Source: Paraphysomonas bandaiensis | Lineage: Eukaryota > Protista > Chrysophyceae | Reading direction: 5' to 3' | DNA length: 52,545 bases | NCBI GenBank assembly: GCA_965644295.1 | Contig: CBFFRP010000118.1 | Span: 1 to 52,545 of the forward strand | In this document: positions 39,137 through 52,545 of the stretch, piece by piece | Numbering within the stretch: position 1 is the first letter of the stretch | Layout of the letters: each line of letters begins with the position of its first letter | Notes under the pieces: generated by a model | What the model saw: only the letters and a program-made list of their open reading frames with translations | The model's database searches: none | What the model was told of the DNA's origin: nothing | Program-made: the position numbers and the translations under genes

Positions 39137-40287
39137 TAGATAATATCGTATATGTTAAGCACTGATGTATAGTTAGTAGGAGACATTTTGACGCGACCGA
39201 ATGATAAGATTCTGATGCGAACATTCCAACATAACCAAGTAAACTCCAACAGTAGTCTAAATATCCCAATATTCTATATATAAAGTAGATTTTGTACGGA
39301 AAATATCCGGTTCGTGGTATATATGATATACTTGTATATACAGACCACATATCTGGGCCGGATATACGCTGTTCCATATGATGAGTCATGTACATTTATG
39401 ACTTCTACATCTGTTATAATGCAGCAACCAAGTACAGCACGCACAGTAACCATTCCTGTCGATAATGACCTTCTTATAGTTCTACGGGAGGCTTGTCCGT
39501 CGACCACTCGTACATGAAGTTGTCATACACCGATAGATATTGTTAAATGACTCAAAGGCATCACAGATATATATATGCATTTAATCTTATATGTAATTTA
39601 GGTAGTCACCCACTCTGTCTACAGCAGAAATATGCACTCGTCAAATTTCCTAAAGATTTGTGTTGATAGGCATCAGGGTATCTAGATATGATATCGTTAT
39701 GATAGTGATGATGATGAATTTGTGGCTATTGGCACTCAACTTTCTCCCATGAGCAAGGAGTGTTACAGTATGTATGCTAGGATTCCCAGGGTCTCATAAT
39801 GATTCCTTGAGAAGGTTGATGTTTCATAATGGCTATAGCCTATAGCCTATAGCCTGAATCCATGAACAGCAATCAACTCTGGATAGCTTGTGCAAGTCAT
39901 CAGGAGGAGGTTCTATGGCTAATAGCACAATTGAAACAGTGCATTTCTTTCCCCTACTTTCTAGTATAAATGTCTCCCAAGTTAATTTTCAAGATTTCTG
40001 CAGTGGCCTCTGATATACTATTGGTTGCGCACTTCCTCAGCTATCCTTATAGAAAGATATAGTGGAAGACATAAAGCTTGAGTTCTCATAAAGTCATATT
40101 AATAGTAAAATTGAATTTTCTACACAAGTAGAATGAGCATAGATGAAAGGAGTGGGTATAAAAGTTTGATGTAAAGTTCGTGAGATAGTATCACTTGTGT
40201 GCGTATGGTACCTATAGTATATGTACTTTTCGATTTTAAATATGTGAAAAGAAGAGATTAGCTTCATATGTAATGGTTAACATATTA

Positions 40288-40413
40288 CGTGGCAGTCAAC
40301 AATATATTGCAATATATTTGCGGCAAAAATAAATAATAATTTCAAGTCCAATAATAAGTGTTAAATAATTGCAATATTTATATTGCAATCCAATATATTT
40401 TTTACTTGCCTTG
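40288..40413. mobile_element. Short MITE-like element related to the hAT terminus at 27051
   Basis: The left end shares CAGTCAACAATATATTG with 27057-27073. The right-end reverse complement CAAGGCAAGTAAAAAATATATTG matches CAGGGCCAGTCAACAATATATTG at 19/23 positions. No clear TSD. Confidence 0.55.
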
Positions 40414-40835
40414 GTAAATACTAATACTCTACACTCAAATTATTACAGCTACTAAAGTCGTGATTGACGTAGTACGAATGATCAACAGCGTGTCATCAAC
40501 AACTTTACACAGAGCACAGATTCCACTGACGAATATAGAAGATTAGTTAAAACAGTAGTTAGTGACGATTTATTTATGAAGTGCAAACACGAGAACAATA
40601 CCGCTGTAAAAGCACATATATCTGTCTGATACCAAAATAACACAATCCTGATATCCCGATACACTCACTAGTCACGACTTCTTAAGAATTCAGATTAATA
40701 AATTCATAAGGTATACTCCGAAAGGAGAAAACCAAGTCTGAAACGTTTAACCGTAACTATTAACAAATTTCACAATATATGCACATATCACCAAATATAC
40801 GACTACTAAAATTATTCACCCATCAAATTCACCCA

Positions 40836-41843
40836 TCAAGCGTCTGAATTTGACTTCTGGTAAAACGAGTTCCACGACATCTGTTGAATATTATCTGGAG
40901 AGGAGGCACTATTCAGTGCAGAGCGGTTAAGTCGTTCATTTATAAATCGTTCTGCAATAAAAATGAGCGATTGGAATATGCAGCACTGTCAATCATACCA
41001 AGACAGCGCGAGGTCAACATTCCCTGAGCTTCTAATTCTGCCATGCGTTCTTCCCTAATATATGCAGTAAGATGACTGCAATATAGAACATAAATAATTA
41101 CCAAGCCAACACAGTCTCTTCAACAGACTTTTCGACATTCCAATTCGGTGACGTTCGGACCTAAAGTAGATAACACCACATTTATACATTACTTACGAGA
41201 AGAAAAGGACAGGACAACCTGACAGAGCTGTTCGTCAATTAAAAGCTCTCTGGTGAACGGATTCCAGTATGCTTGCGGAGGGATTGGTATATCCACAAGT
41301 TCCTGTAACATTCGTATTATTATGTGCAGCACATTTTTAAAACTATCCTACATCCAACTCCTCGTCGTCTATCAAAGCTTCAGAATATATAGTAGGCGCG
41401 CCACTAACTATAGACGGGCAACTCCAGTCGCCAGACAACTGTCCAATGCATTTCACTCCAGTTGCGTATATCCCACGATTTCTTAACATTAGAGACTTTG
41501 CTACTTTCTTGAACACGTCTCGAGGAATTACCAATGCGCTTACAATTTTTGTTTCAGAAATTTTTGTAGACTCCTTGTTTATAACTATTGTGTACGAGGT
41601 TTGGTGACACTCAACAGCTCTTAGGTCTAAGTTGAAGTATACACCTACTCCTGGGGCTAACCTAGTTAGTTTATAGTCGCAGGTGACAATGTTAGGGTCA
41701 TCGTCATTGTTAGTTGAGACAGACAGGCGGTATCTGTCCAACTCTTGCCCAAGGTTCGAAAGATAGAGGCGGATGCGGTAGACAAAACCTGCACTTACAC
41801 ACCCAAAAGATGGAGGATCTGGAACTAATCCAACCGTGGACAT
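40836..41843 (-). CDS. Uncharacterised multi-exon protein with an Ig-like (ASH/PapD-like) domain, possibly ciliary
   Basis: The pattern SFGCV..G..YRIRLYLSN.G....RY...RLAPG resembles ASH/Hydin-type domains. Downstream short exons end in TGA at 40836-40838. The 5' end is uncertain. Confidence 0.55.
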
Positions 41844-42242
41844 AGTTGACTTCCAGAATATTGTATCAATATTTTGAAAAGAAGGAAATGAAAAGCATAA
41901 AACTTAAAGCAAACCATGCCTTGCATGTAGATGTATATAACGTCAACGCTGTGCTCTATGTAGTACTGTATGTATAAGATGTAGCCGTTTTTTTGGATCA
42001 AATTTCCCACAATTTTCAGGCATTAAATTTCTTTATCGATATATACTCACCAGCAGCACTTCGACAGAACCCTCATATTACCTACATTGAATGAGTGGCC
42101 AAAACAAGCACCCAAAAATAGCAATATATAAGCGTATTTTTTCAGTAGAATTCAAATTTTCTTGTAGTAGTTAACATATGCACATACATCAACAAGAACA
42201 AGCATGCCCCTTTATCTATGATATTACTCCCTATGGCAAAAG

Positions 42243-45200
42243 ATGCGACTGTATCCGGTCGGAAATAACGCACATTCAAAAGATGATGGGAGCGTAACTT
42301 CAACTGGATCGTGTGAAGACAAATCATCGTCTAAACCATTAAAATCCCCAAAGAAGAAGCGTGTATCAAGAGGTTCAAGAGTAGGGATGGCAACACGTAT
42401 TGCGATCGATATTGTGACTGGTAAAGAACTTCAAAGTATATATTTTGATCCTACACTTGCTATTGGTTTCAATATTCCAGATGATGACTGGCTTGGTAGT
42501 CATTTATTTATCCCAGCAAATATTGTATCTGCTAATGAAGAACAAGATTATTTCACTATTAAAATACCATCGGGTGAATCTTTTAAAATCCCAAGAAGTT
42601 CAGCGACTTATATCACTGAAAATGATGATGCTGGGGTCGACGATATACTAAAACTGTCCAAATTTTCGGAAATGTCCTTGATACACAATTTAAGAATGCG
42701 ATACTATCGTGATCAGATATATACCTTCGTTGGACCGATACTTATCAGTATAAATCCATACAAGTGGCTTGCAAACTTGTACTCTGAAGATACTATGGCG
42801 GGATATCATGCTCGTCACCAGGTAAGCTGTCATGCACTCTGTTTTGCTTACGGTAATTATCCATTTTCGAGTAGGATTACTCTGCGCCTCATCTGTTTGT
42901 AGTAGCCGAGGCAGCGTACTCGTCCCTCATGTTGACCTCCAAAGGGAAACGTAGGGATCAATCTATCATAATTAGTGGCGAGAGTGGAGCGGGCAAAACA
43001 GAAGCCACTAAGGTGATAATGGCTTATCTGGCTCGTGTAACTACCATCGACCACCATCACTGCCCAGACTCTCACAAGTCAATTGGCCAACTCGAACAGC
43101 GGGTTCTCAATACGAATCCCATTCTTGAGGCCTTTGGCAACGCCAGAACACTTAGAAATGACAACAGCTCTAGATTTGGCAAGGTATGTACCTCTGTCAT
43201 ATACTATTGCAAGGCGGATTATTATTTTTGTATAGTTTATCAAGATTCAATTCGAAAGTTCAGGAAGGATAGTGGGAGCCACAATAGAAAAGTACCTCTT
43301 GGAAAAAACACGTGTGGTGCACCAGTCCCGTGGGGAAAGGAACTTTCATATTTTCTACCAACTTCTCCGAGGTGCCCCCGAGGAGCTTCGCTCTGACCTC
43401 TCACTCGGACATTCGACGACCGCAGTGGACGAGTTCACCTATCTTCAGTCTTCCTCACACAATTCACACATTCCCAATGTGCTTGATGAGTCGGAATTCG
43501 CCATAATGCGTAGCTGTATGTCAAGCGTTGGTATCACGGAGGCGATACAACGAGATCTATTCGGTTTACTTGTAGCTGTTTTGCATATGGGTAACGTTGG
43601 ATTCCAGGAAGATGATGAGGGTAATGTGTGTGGAATCAGTGAAGCTGGAAGTGGTAGTTTCCGGGCTGCCACCAGACTCCTGGGTGTGTCCGAAGAAGAG
43701 CTTCTGACTGTGATTTCGAAGAAGAATATGCACGTCGGAGGGTCTGTTATCGTAAAGTCTCAGACAATGCAGCAGGTGTCGTGCTGACATATGGGGGTAG
43801 TTGTGTGGTGACTTGTGATATAGGCTGCGGATAAGAGAGACTCGATAGCGAAGAGCGTATACTCGATGCTTTTTACATGGTTGGTAGACACGGTGAACTC
43901 CACAATCGCTCCAACTGCTCCTACTAATTGGGGTGCGAATGTCTTGTGTTGCATGCTGTGCATTATAACCTAATGTTTGTCTAGGGTATATTGGGGTGTT
44001 GGATATATACGGATTCGAAAACTTCGATGGTGTAAACGGCTTCGAGCAGCTCCTTATCAACTATGCTAACGAGAAACTTCAGAATCACTTCAACAAACAC
44101 ATATTTTTAATGGAGCAGGCTGATTATGAGATTGAGGGTATTGACTGGTCGTACATAAACTTCAATGACAACCAGATGTGCGTGGATCTTATCGAAGGTC
44201 GTCCAGAAGGAAAGGCGGGCATATTCCCGACCTTGGACGACGCCTTCTCCAGTGGAGGTAGAGCCGATGCGAACGCTACATTTTTGGCCCAACTCAATCA
44301 AAACTGGGCATCAGGAAAGCATGCACACTTCCTGTCGCCCCGGTTCAACCTTGACCAGCGATTCGGTATTCGTCATTACGCCGGAGATGTCTACTATGAG
44401 ATTGATGGATTCAACGAAAAAAATAGAGATTGCATGAATAGTGATATGAAGCAGCTGTTGGCATCATCTTGCATTGGTCTTCTCAAGGATATGGCTGCTG
44501 CTGTGATTGGGTCCGATGTAGCTATTTCGACGGCAACCTCCCATCAGACCCCCAGAAAAGGCAAAGGTCCTGGGCAGAGAATGAGCGAGAGATCTGCCAG
44601 TTTTATAAACAAACTGAAGGAGGATTCTATATCCAAACAGTTTACATGTTCTCTGAAAGAGCTATACGACACACTGGACGCTACGAGTCCTCATTACGTT
44701 CGTTGCATCAAACCGAACGTCTACAAAAAGTCTGACCAGTTCGACGGATTCAAGATTCTTCTACAACTGCAATATGCTGGTATGATGGAGACCATTCGCA
44801 TTCGCAGGGAAGGGTATGCACTCAGGGAATTGCATCACGATTTCTTTGTGCGTTATTCCCCTTTAGAGCCAAACTGTCGCACTTTGCACGAGTTAGTTGC
44901 GAAACTCTCTGAGGATCTCTCCGTGGACTCTGCTTCTTGGCAAGTTGGTACCACGAAAATATTTATGCGCTCTGAGATGAGTGATAAACTGGAAAGGCTT
45001 CTTTGGCTGCGTCTGTCGTCTTGTGCCCGGATTATTCAAAAATTTTGGTTTCATATATCTGCTTGTAAAGCTGCAAATAAAATAAAATCTCTTCTGCGAA
45101 GCTATACGTCAAGAAAAAAGTACCGTGCTATGCTTTCCTCAATGGTCCGTATTCAGTCATTTTATCGTATGTACACCACGCGAGTGCATTTTGCGAATTG

Positions 45201-48200
45201 TATTCGGGCTATCGCTCTCCTTCAACGGGTTGCTAGAGGTGCAAATGCTCGCAGAGAGTACCGTCGTCTAAAAGACCCTTATGAAAAGATGGATTATACG
45301 TCACTTGCATCTGCGATATCGTTAACTTCAAAAGAGCTGGATGAGGCGCTCAGGCGGAAAGAGTTTCATCTGTGTGAGGGACTTCAAAATAAAATCAGTC
45401 ACATGGAAAGTGTGCTGTCTCGTAAATCGCTGCCAGAGATAGAGCCACGGTCACGCAAGGAGCTGAACCTCTATATATTAGAGCATGAATTTATGCTGGA
45501 TCATATGACTACTACGGGTGATTTTGCAGGGTCCAAGCGTGTGGACGAGCGTCTAGAGAGATTGCTGAAATTGCGCAGTATATTTCCTACGGTTGCAGAG
45601 ATTGATAATGAGATAGACGCTGCTCAGGCCCAGATGAATGAGGCTATTACAAAGAAGGATTTTAAGCTATGCACATCGCTACAGAGCACAATAGACGATC
45701 TTTCCCAGAGGCGCACGGCTGCTGTCGAAAGAGAGGGTCCCTTACTTTTGAGTGTGGAAGCGCTGAACGAGAAGAAAGTAGGACTGGAGCAGGAACTTGC
45801 CAGAGCTATGGCTGACAAAAACTTCAAAGCATGTGGCGACCTGCAGGCTCAGGTGGATGCCATTGTGGCGGATATCTCCTCCCGTCAGATGACTCCTAGC
45901 GAAGCGGCGGCAAAGTTAAAAACCCTCCAGGAAGAATTCGATGCGGCCTCCAAAGCCAATAATTTTTGGGAAATGGCTAACCTAACTGTGAAAATAGAGG
46001 AACATTCTGCTCTCACTGGCATTGCGCCTACAGCAGCTGATTCCAGTTATTATCATGAGCTACCAGTTAGTGAATTGACGAATCTGAAAGAAATGGAATC
46101 GAAAGCTCTACAAGAATGTATAAACCGGAAAGATTTTGCCGGGTGTGAGAAGCATGAAAGTTCGTTGAAGTCTATCAACGAAGCACTTTCTGCCAAAGAA
46201 TCTGGACAACGCGACGAGCGCAGTAGAGACGAAATCGTAGCGGAGTTGGAACGTAAGAAAGAAGAGCTTGATACAGCTTTCCAAGCTCGAAAATACAAAC
46301 TGATGGAATCTTTAGATAAAGAAATTGAAGCGCTTGAGCAAACGTTGGAGAATATGCCGACTGCGGCTATGCTCTCTGAACGAATCTCGAATCTTGAAAA
46401 CGAATTGAAGATTGCGTTGAAGCAAAAACAGTATTCAGTATGCGAGAAAATTGAAGAGCAACTAACCGAGCTTAAGAAGGCATACGATATTGAGAAGAAG
46501 AGAGAAACGAATTCCCGCCGTGCATCATCCATGTTTTGCTCGCCAACGAAGCGCCCTGTTGCTGGTGCCATAACGACCCCTATTATGGCGACGAAGTCTA
46601 AACCCACAGTTCAGAGAAATACCAGTAAGGCAAAGCCGAAAACAAAAGTAACTACGAGGGTGACAAATACAAAACAGGAGAAAAATCGGCCGGTGTCTAA
46701 GCTTCGTCCGAAGATCCCTGTCACTGCCTCTGACAAGTCAAGCATTTTGGATGTCGCTGAAGCAATGGCATCGAAACGAATGGATGCTGCTTTATTGGTG
46801 AATACACGAGGGGAATTGTCGGGAATTCTTACAGACAACGATGTGACCCGTCGTGTAGTTAGTAAAGGTGTGGATGTGGCCTCAACTGGTGTTCGCGATG
46901 TGATGACGAAGAATCCGAAGTGTGTTCGATCGGAAGATTCTGCATTGGATGCATTGGAGATGATGGTGGACAACCGCTTCCGGCATTTGCCAGTTCTAGA
47001 TAAGAACGGTGCAGTGGTGGGACTGCTTGACATAGCCAAGTGTCTTTATGATGCAGTGGCCGCCCTTGAGAAGGTCCAAGACGGTGATTCGTCTGGGTCA
47101 TCCACAGATGTGTTGAATGGTGTTTTGAGTGATGCAATGAAGAAGGCCTCTGGTGGTCGTGGTTCTAACCAAGCTCAGTTGATGGCAATGCAGGCATTTA
47201 TGACACAGATGTTCGGTGGAAGTGTGCCAACATTGCGCACAGTGATCGGAGATTCAGCATATGTTAGTGTGAGTCCATCTGCCAATTGTGAGTCCATCTG
47301 CCACATGTCGTGAGGCGGCGAAATCTATGGCCAGCATTCGTAAGGGTGTATTGGTTCTTGACGATAGTGGGGACTTGGTTGGTATCTTCACACCAAAGGA
47401 CCTCTTGAATCGTGTTATAGCTAAGGGGTTGGACGCAGATAGCGTTGTAGTGTCTGATGTAATGACTCCTAATCCGGACTGCGTTTCTCCTGACATGACC
47501 CTGTTGGATGCCTTGCGTGAGATGTACGAACAGAAGTATCTCCACTTGCCTGTTCGAGATGAGAGTGGCCGAGTGTTGGGTATGGTTGATGTGATGGAGC
47601 TAGTATGTCACACCGCAGGTGGAGAAGATGGCAATGGCAAGGGTTGGCGCGACTTTTTCAGCAATGCGATGAATGCTCGTGGTGATGATGCATCAGATAC
47701 ATCATCAATACCAAGTGCTCGATCTAAGCCGGTCAGTACTACTCGTGCTGCGGCTTCTCAGTCATCAAAGGATGGGCAGCGGCCTGTGTCTAAGCTTCGT
47801 CCGAAGATCCCTGTCACTGCCTCTGACAAGTCAAGCATTTTGGTTGTCGCTGAAGCAATGGCATCGAAACGAATGGATGCTGCTTTACTGGTGAATACAC
47901 GAGGGGAATTGTCGGGCATTCTTACAGACAACGATGTGACCCGTCGTGTAGTTAGTAAAGGTGTGGATGTGGCCTCAACTGGTGTTCGCGATGTGATGAC
48001 GAAGAATCCGAAGTGTGTTCGATCGGAAGATTCTGCATTGGATGCATTGGAGATGATGGTGGACAACCGCTTCCGGCATTTGCCAGTTCTAGATAAGAAC
48101 GGTGCAGTGGTGGGACTGCTTGACATAGCCAAGTGTCTTTATGATGCAGTGGCCGCCCTTGAGAAGGTCCAAGACGGTGATTCGTCTGGGTCATCCACAG

Positions 48201-51200
48201 ATGTGTTGAATGGTGTTTTGAGTGATGCAATGAAGAAGGCCTCTGGTGGTCGTGGTTCTAACCAAGCTCAGTTGATGGCAATGCAGGCATTGATGACACA
48301 GATGTTCGGTGGAAGTGTGCCAACATTGCGCACAGTGATCGGAGATTCAGCATATGTTAGTGTGAGTCCATCTGCCACATGTCGTGAGGCGGCGAAATCT
48401 ATGGCCAGCATTCGTAAGGGTGTATTGGTTCTTGACGATAGTGGGGACTTGGTTGGTATCTTCACACCAAAGGACCTCTTGAATCGTGTTATAGCTAAGG
48501 GGTTGGACGCAGATAGCGTTGTAGTGTCTGATGTAATGACTCCTAATCCGGACTGCGTTTCTCCTGACATGACCCTGTTGGATGCCTTGCGTGAGATGTA
48601 CGAACAGAAGTATCTCCACTTGCCTGTTCGAGATGAGAGTGGCCGAGTGTTGGGTATGGTTGATGTGATGGAGCTAGTATGTCACACCGCAGGTGGAGAA
48701 GATGGCAATGGCAAGGGTTGGCGCGACTTTTTCAGCAATGCGATGAATGCTCGTGGTGATGATGCATCAGATACATCATCAATACCAAGTGCTCGATCTA
48801 AGCCGGTCAGTACTACTCGTGCTGCGGCTTCTCAGTCATCAAAGGATGGGCAGCGGCCTGTGTCTAAGCTTCGTCCGAAGATCCCTGTCACTGCCTCTGA
48901 CAAGTCAAGCATTTTGGTTGTCGCTGAAGCAATGGCATCGAAACGAATGGATGCTGCTTTACTGGTGAATACACGAGGGGAATTGTCGGGCATTCTTACA
49001 GACAACGATGTGACCCGTCGTGTAGTTAGTAAAGGTGTGGATGTGGCCTCAACTGGTGTTCGCGATGTGATGACGAAGAATCCGAAGTGTGTTCGATCGG
49101 AAGATTCTGCATTGGATGCATTGGAGATGATGGTGGACAACCGCTTCCGGCATTTGCCAGTTCTAGATAAGAACGGTGCAGTGGTGGGACTGCTTGACAT
49201 AGCCAAGTGTCTTTATGATGCAGTGGCCGCCCTTGAGAAGGTCCAAGACGGTGATTCGTCTGGGTCATCCACAGATGTGTTGAATGGTGTTTTGAGTGAT
49301 GCAATGAAGAAGGCCTCTGGTGGTCGTGGTTCTAACCAAGCTCAGTTGATGGCAATGCAGGCATTGATGACACAGATGTTCGGTGGAAGTGTGCCAACAT
49401 TGCGCACAGTGATCGGAGATTCAGCATATGTTAGTGTGAGTCCATCTGCCACATGTCGTGAGGCGGCGAAATCTATGGCCAGCATTCGTAAGGGTGTATT
49501 GGTTCTTGACGATAGTGGGGACTTGGTTGGTATCTTCACACCAAAGGACCTCTTGAATCGTGTTATAGCTAAGGGGTTGGACGCAGATAGCGTTGTAGTG
49601 TCTGATGTAATGACTCCTAATCCGGACTGCGTTTCTCCTGACATGACCCTGTTGGATGCCTTGCGTGAGATGTACGAACAGAAGTATCTCCACTTGCCTG
49701 TTCGAGATGAGAGTGGCCGAGTGTTGGGTATGGTTGATGTGATGGAGCTAGTATGTCACACCGCAGGTGGAGAAGATGGCAATGGCAAGGGTTGGCGCGA
49801 CTTTTTCAGCAATGCGATGAATGCTCGTGGTGATGATGCATCAGATACATCATCAATACCAAGTGCTCGATCTAAGCCGGTCAGTACTACTCGTGCTGCG
49901 GCTTCTCAGTCATCAAAGGATGGGCAGCGGCCTGTGTCTAAGCTTCGTCCGAAGATCCCTGTCACTGCCTCTGACAAGTCAAGCATTTTGGTTGTCGCTG
50001 AAGCAATGGCATCGAAACGAATGGATGCTGCTTTACTGGTGAATACACGAGGGGAATTGTCGGGCATTCTTACAGACAACGATGTGACCCGTCGTGTAGT
50101 TAGTAAAGGTGTGGATGTGGCCTCAACTGGTGTTCGCGATGTGATGACGAAGAATCCGAAGTGTGTTCGATCGGAAGATTCTGCATTGGATGCATTGGAG
50201 ATGATGGTGGACAACCGCTTCCGGCATTTGCCAGTTCTAGATAAGAACGGCGCAGTAGTGGGACTGCTTGACATAGCCAAGTGTCTTTATGATGCAGTGG
50301 CCGCCCTTGAGAAGGTCCAAGACGGTGGTTCGTCTGGGTCATCCACAGATGTGTTGAATGGTGTTTTGAGTGATGCAATGAAGAAGGCCTCTGGTGGTCG
50401 TGGTTCTAACCAAGCTCAGTTGATGGCAATGCAGGCATTGATGACACAGATGTTCGGTGGAAGTGTGCCAACATTGCGCACAGTGATCGGAGATTCAGCA
50501 TATGTTAGTGTGAGTCCATCTGCCACATGTCGTGAGGCGGCGAAATCTATGGCCAGCATTCGTAAGGGTGTATTGGTTCTTGACGATAGTGGGGACTTGG
50601 TTGGTATCTTCACACCAAAGGACCTCTTGAATCGTGTTATAGCTAAGGGGTTGGACGCAGATAGCGTTGCAGTGTCTGATGTAATGACTCCTAATCCGGA
50701 CTGCGTTTCTCCTGACATGACCCTGTTGGATGCCTTGCGTGAGATGTACGAACAGAAGTATCTCCACTTGCCTGTTCGAGATGAGAGTGGCCGAGTGTTG
50801 GGTATGGTTGATGTGATGGAGCTAGTATGTCACACCGCAGGTGGAGAAGATGGCAATGGCAAGGGTTGGCGCGACTTTTTCAGCAATGCGATGAATGCTC
50901 GTGGTGATGATGCATCAGATACATCATCAATACCAAGTGCTCGATCTAAGCCGGTCAGTACTACTCGTGCTGCGGCTTCTCAGTCATCAAAGGATGGGCA
51001 GCGGCCTGTGTCTAAGCTTCGTCCGAAGATCCCTGTCACTGCCTCTGACAAGTCAAGCATTTTGGTTGTCGCTGAAGCAATGGCATCGAAACGAATGGAT
51101 GCTGCTTTACTGGTGAATACACGAGGGGAATTGTCGGGCATTCTTACAGACAACGATGTGACCCGTCGTGTAGTTAGTAAAGGTGTGGATGTGGCCTCAA

Positions 51201-52545
51201 CTGGTGTTCGCGATGTGATGACGAAGAATCCGAAGTGTGTTCGATCGGAAGATTCTGCATTGGATGCATTGGAGATGATGGTGGACAACCGCTTCCGGCA
51301 TTTGCCAGTTCTAGATAAGAACGGCGCAGTAGTGGGACTGCTTGACATAGCCAAGTGTCTTTATGATGCAGTGGCCGCCCTTGAGAAGGTCCAAGACGGT
51401 GATTCGTCTGGGTCATCCACAGATGTGTTGAATGGTGTTTTGAGTGATGCAATGAAGAAGGCCTCTGGTGGTCGTGGTTCTAACCAAGCTCAGTTGATGG
51501 CAATGCAGGCATTGATGACACAGATGTTCGGTGGAAGTGTGCCAACATTGCGCACAGTGATCGGAGATTCAGCATATGTTAGTGTGAGTCCATCTGCCAC
51601 ATGTCGTGAGGCGGCGAAATCTATGGCCAGCATTCGTAAGGGTGTATTGGTTCTTGACGATAGTGGGGACTTGGTTGGTATCTTCACACCAAAGGACCTC
51701 TTGAATCGAGTTATAGCTAAGGGGTTGGACGCAGATAGCGTTGTAGTGTCTGATGTAATGACTCCTAATCCGGACTGCGTTTCTCCTGACATGACCCTGT
51801 TGGATGCCTTGCGTGAGATGTACGAACAGAAGTATCTCCACTTGCCTGTTCGAGATGAGAGTGGCCGAGTGTTGGGTATGGTTGATGTGATGGAGCTAGT
51901 ATGTCACACCGCAGGTGGAGAAGATGGCAATGGCAAGGGTTGGCGCGACTTTTTCAGCAATGCGATGAATGCTCGTGGTGATGATGCGTCTGACACTTCA
52001 TCTTATTATGGAGGTAGGAGAGAGTCGAGATCAAGTCAACGACAGAGTTTAGGTGGAGGCGCTTCTTGTAGAGGTTCTGTATCGAGTACGTCAAAGGCTG
52101 CGCAGCGGCCGGTGTCTAATCTTCGTCCGAAGATCCCTGTCACTGCCTCTGACAAGTCAAGCATTTTGGATGTCGCTGAAGCAATGGCATCGAAGCGAAT
52201 GGATGCTGCTTTACTGGTGAATACACGAGGGGAATTGTCGGGAATTTTTACAGACAACGATGTGACCCGTCGTGTAGTTAGTAAAGGTGTGGATGTGGCC
52301 TCAACTGGTGTTCGCGATGTGATGACGAAGAATCCGAAGTGTGTTCGATCGGAAGATTCTGCATTGGATGCATTGGAGATGATGGTGGACAACCGCTTCC
52401 GGCATTTGCCAGTTCTAGATAAGAACGGCGCAGTAGTGGGACTGCTTGACATAGCCAAGTGTCTTTATGATGCAGTGGCCGCCCTTGAGAAGGTCCAAGA
52501 CGGTGATTCGTCTGAGTCATCCACAGATGTGTTGAATGGTGTTTT
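42243..52545 (+). CDS. Class XXIX-like myosin (motor, IQ motifs, UVR-like repeats, tandem CBS domains); frameshifted at ~47285 as assembled; runs off the window
   Basis: [35 protein letters not shown] and HYVRCIKPN; IQ motifs; CBS repeats ([20 protein letters not shown]). The frame after 47287 is open to the end of the window. Confidence 0.9.
46687..52545 (+). repeat. Coding tandem array of 1074-bp units (358 aa, 4 CBS domains each)
   Basis: Units start at 46687, 47780, 48854, 49928, 51002 and 52106. Units 2-5 are nearly identical; unit 1 is +19 bp and unit 5 is +30 bp. Confidence 0.97.

Noticed and set aside
39314-40050. Short ORF and (CTATAGC)n palindromic repeat upstream of PPCDC
   Set aside because: Too short and degenerate to interpret.
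47269-47344. Cryptic intron rescuing the myosin frameshift
   Set aside because: The nearest frame-restoring choice I found uses a weak AAG acceptor and deletes CBS residues, and the same donor-like GTGAGT occurs in every unit.
46611-52520. Repeated minus-strand and off-frame ORFs (124, 92, 100, 90 and 73 aa)
   Set aside because: Shadows of the plus-strand CBS coding repeat.

Overview
Eukaryotic genomic DNA with many short (~45-60 nt) GT-AG introns. It is most likely from a flagellated stramenopile; this is an inference from the CBS-tailed class XXIX-type myosin and a SHIPPO/PGP-repeat protein. The first ~8.4 kb is repeat-derived. It starts with the 5' end of an LTR retrotransposon (LTR, tRNA-Ala-type PBS, gag-like ORF running off the window). 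Next is a 5.7-kb apparently non-coding element bounded by 26-bp TIRs and a 5-bp TSD, carrying a hairpin-rich region, a 393-bp tandem duplication and a 182-bp satellite array. The remainder is gene-dense: a bacterial-type glyoxalase with an intron, a secreted PhoD phosphatase with FN2 and LNR domains, PP2C, class III ADH, Vti1 SNARE, an ODF3-like protein, kinesin-14, a hAT remnant, a SERCA-type ATPase with an N-terminal presequence, a 2.95-kb foldback element with 1.09-kb arms, a ubiquitin-domain type II PI4K, PPCDC, an Ig/ASH-like protein, and a giant myosin. The myosin tail has 8 UVR-like repeats and at least 5.4 near-identical 1074-bp 4xCBS units, interrupted by a 19-bp frameshifting duplication. 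All gene models were spliced by eye; no database searches were run.
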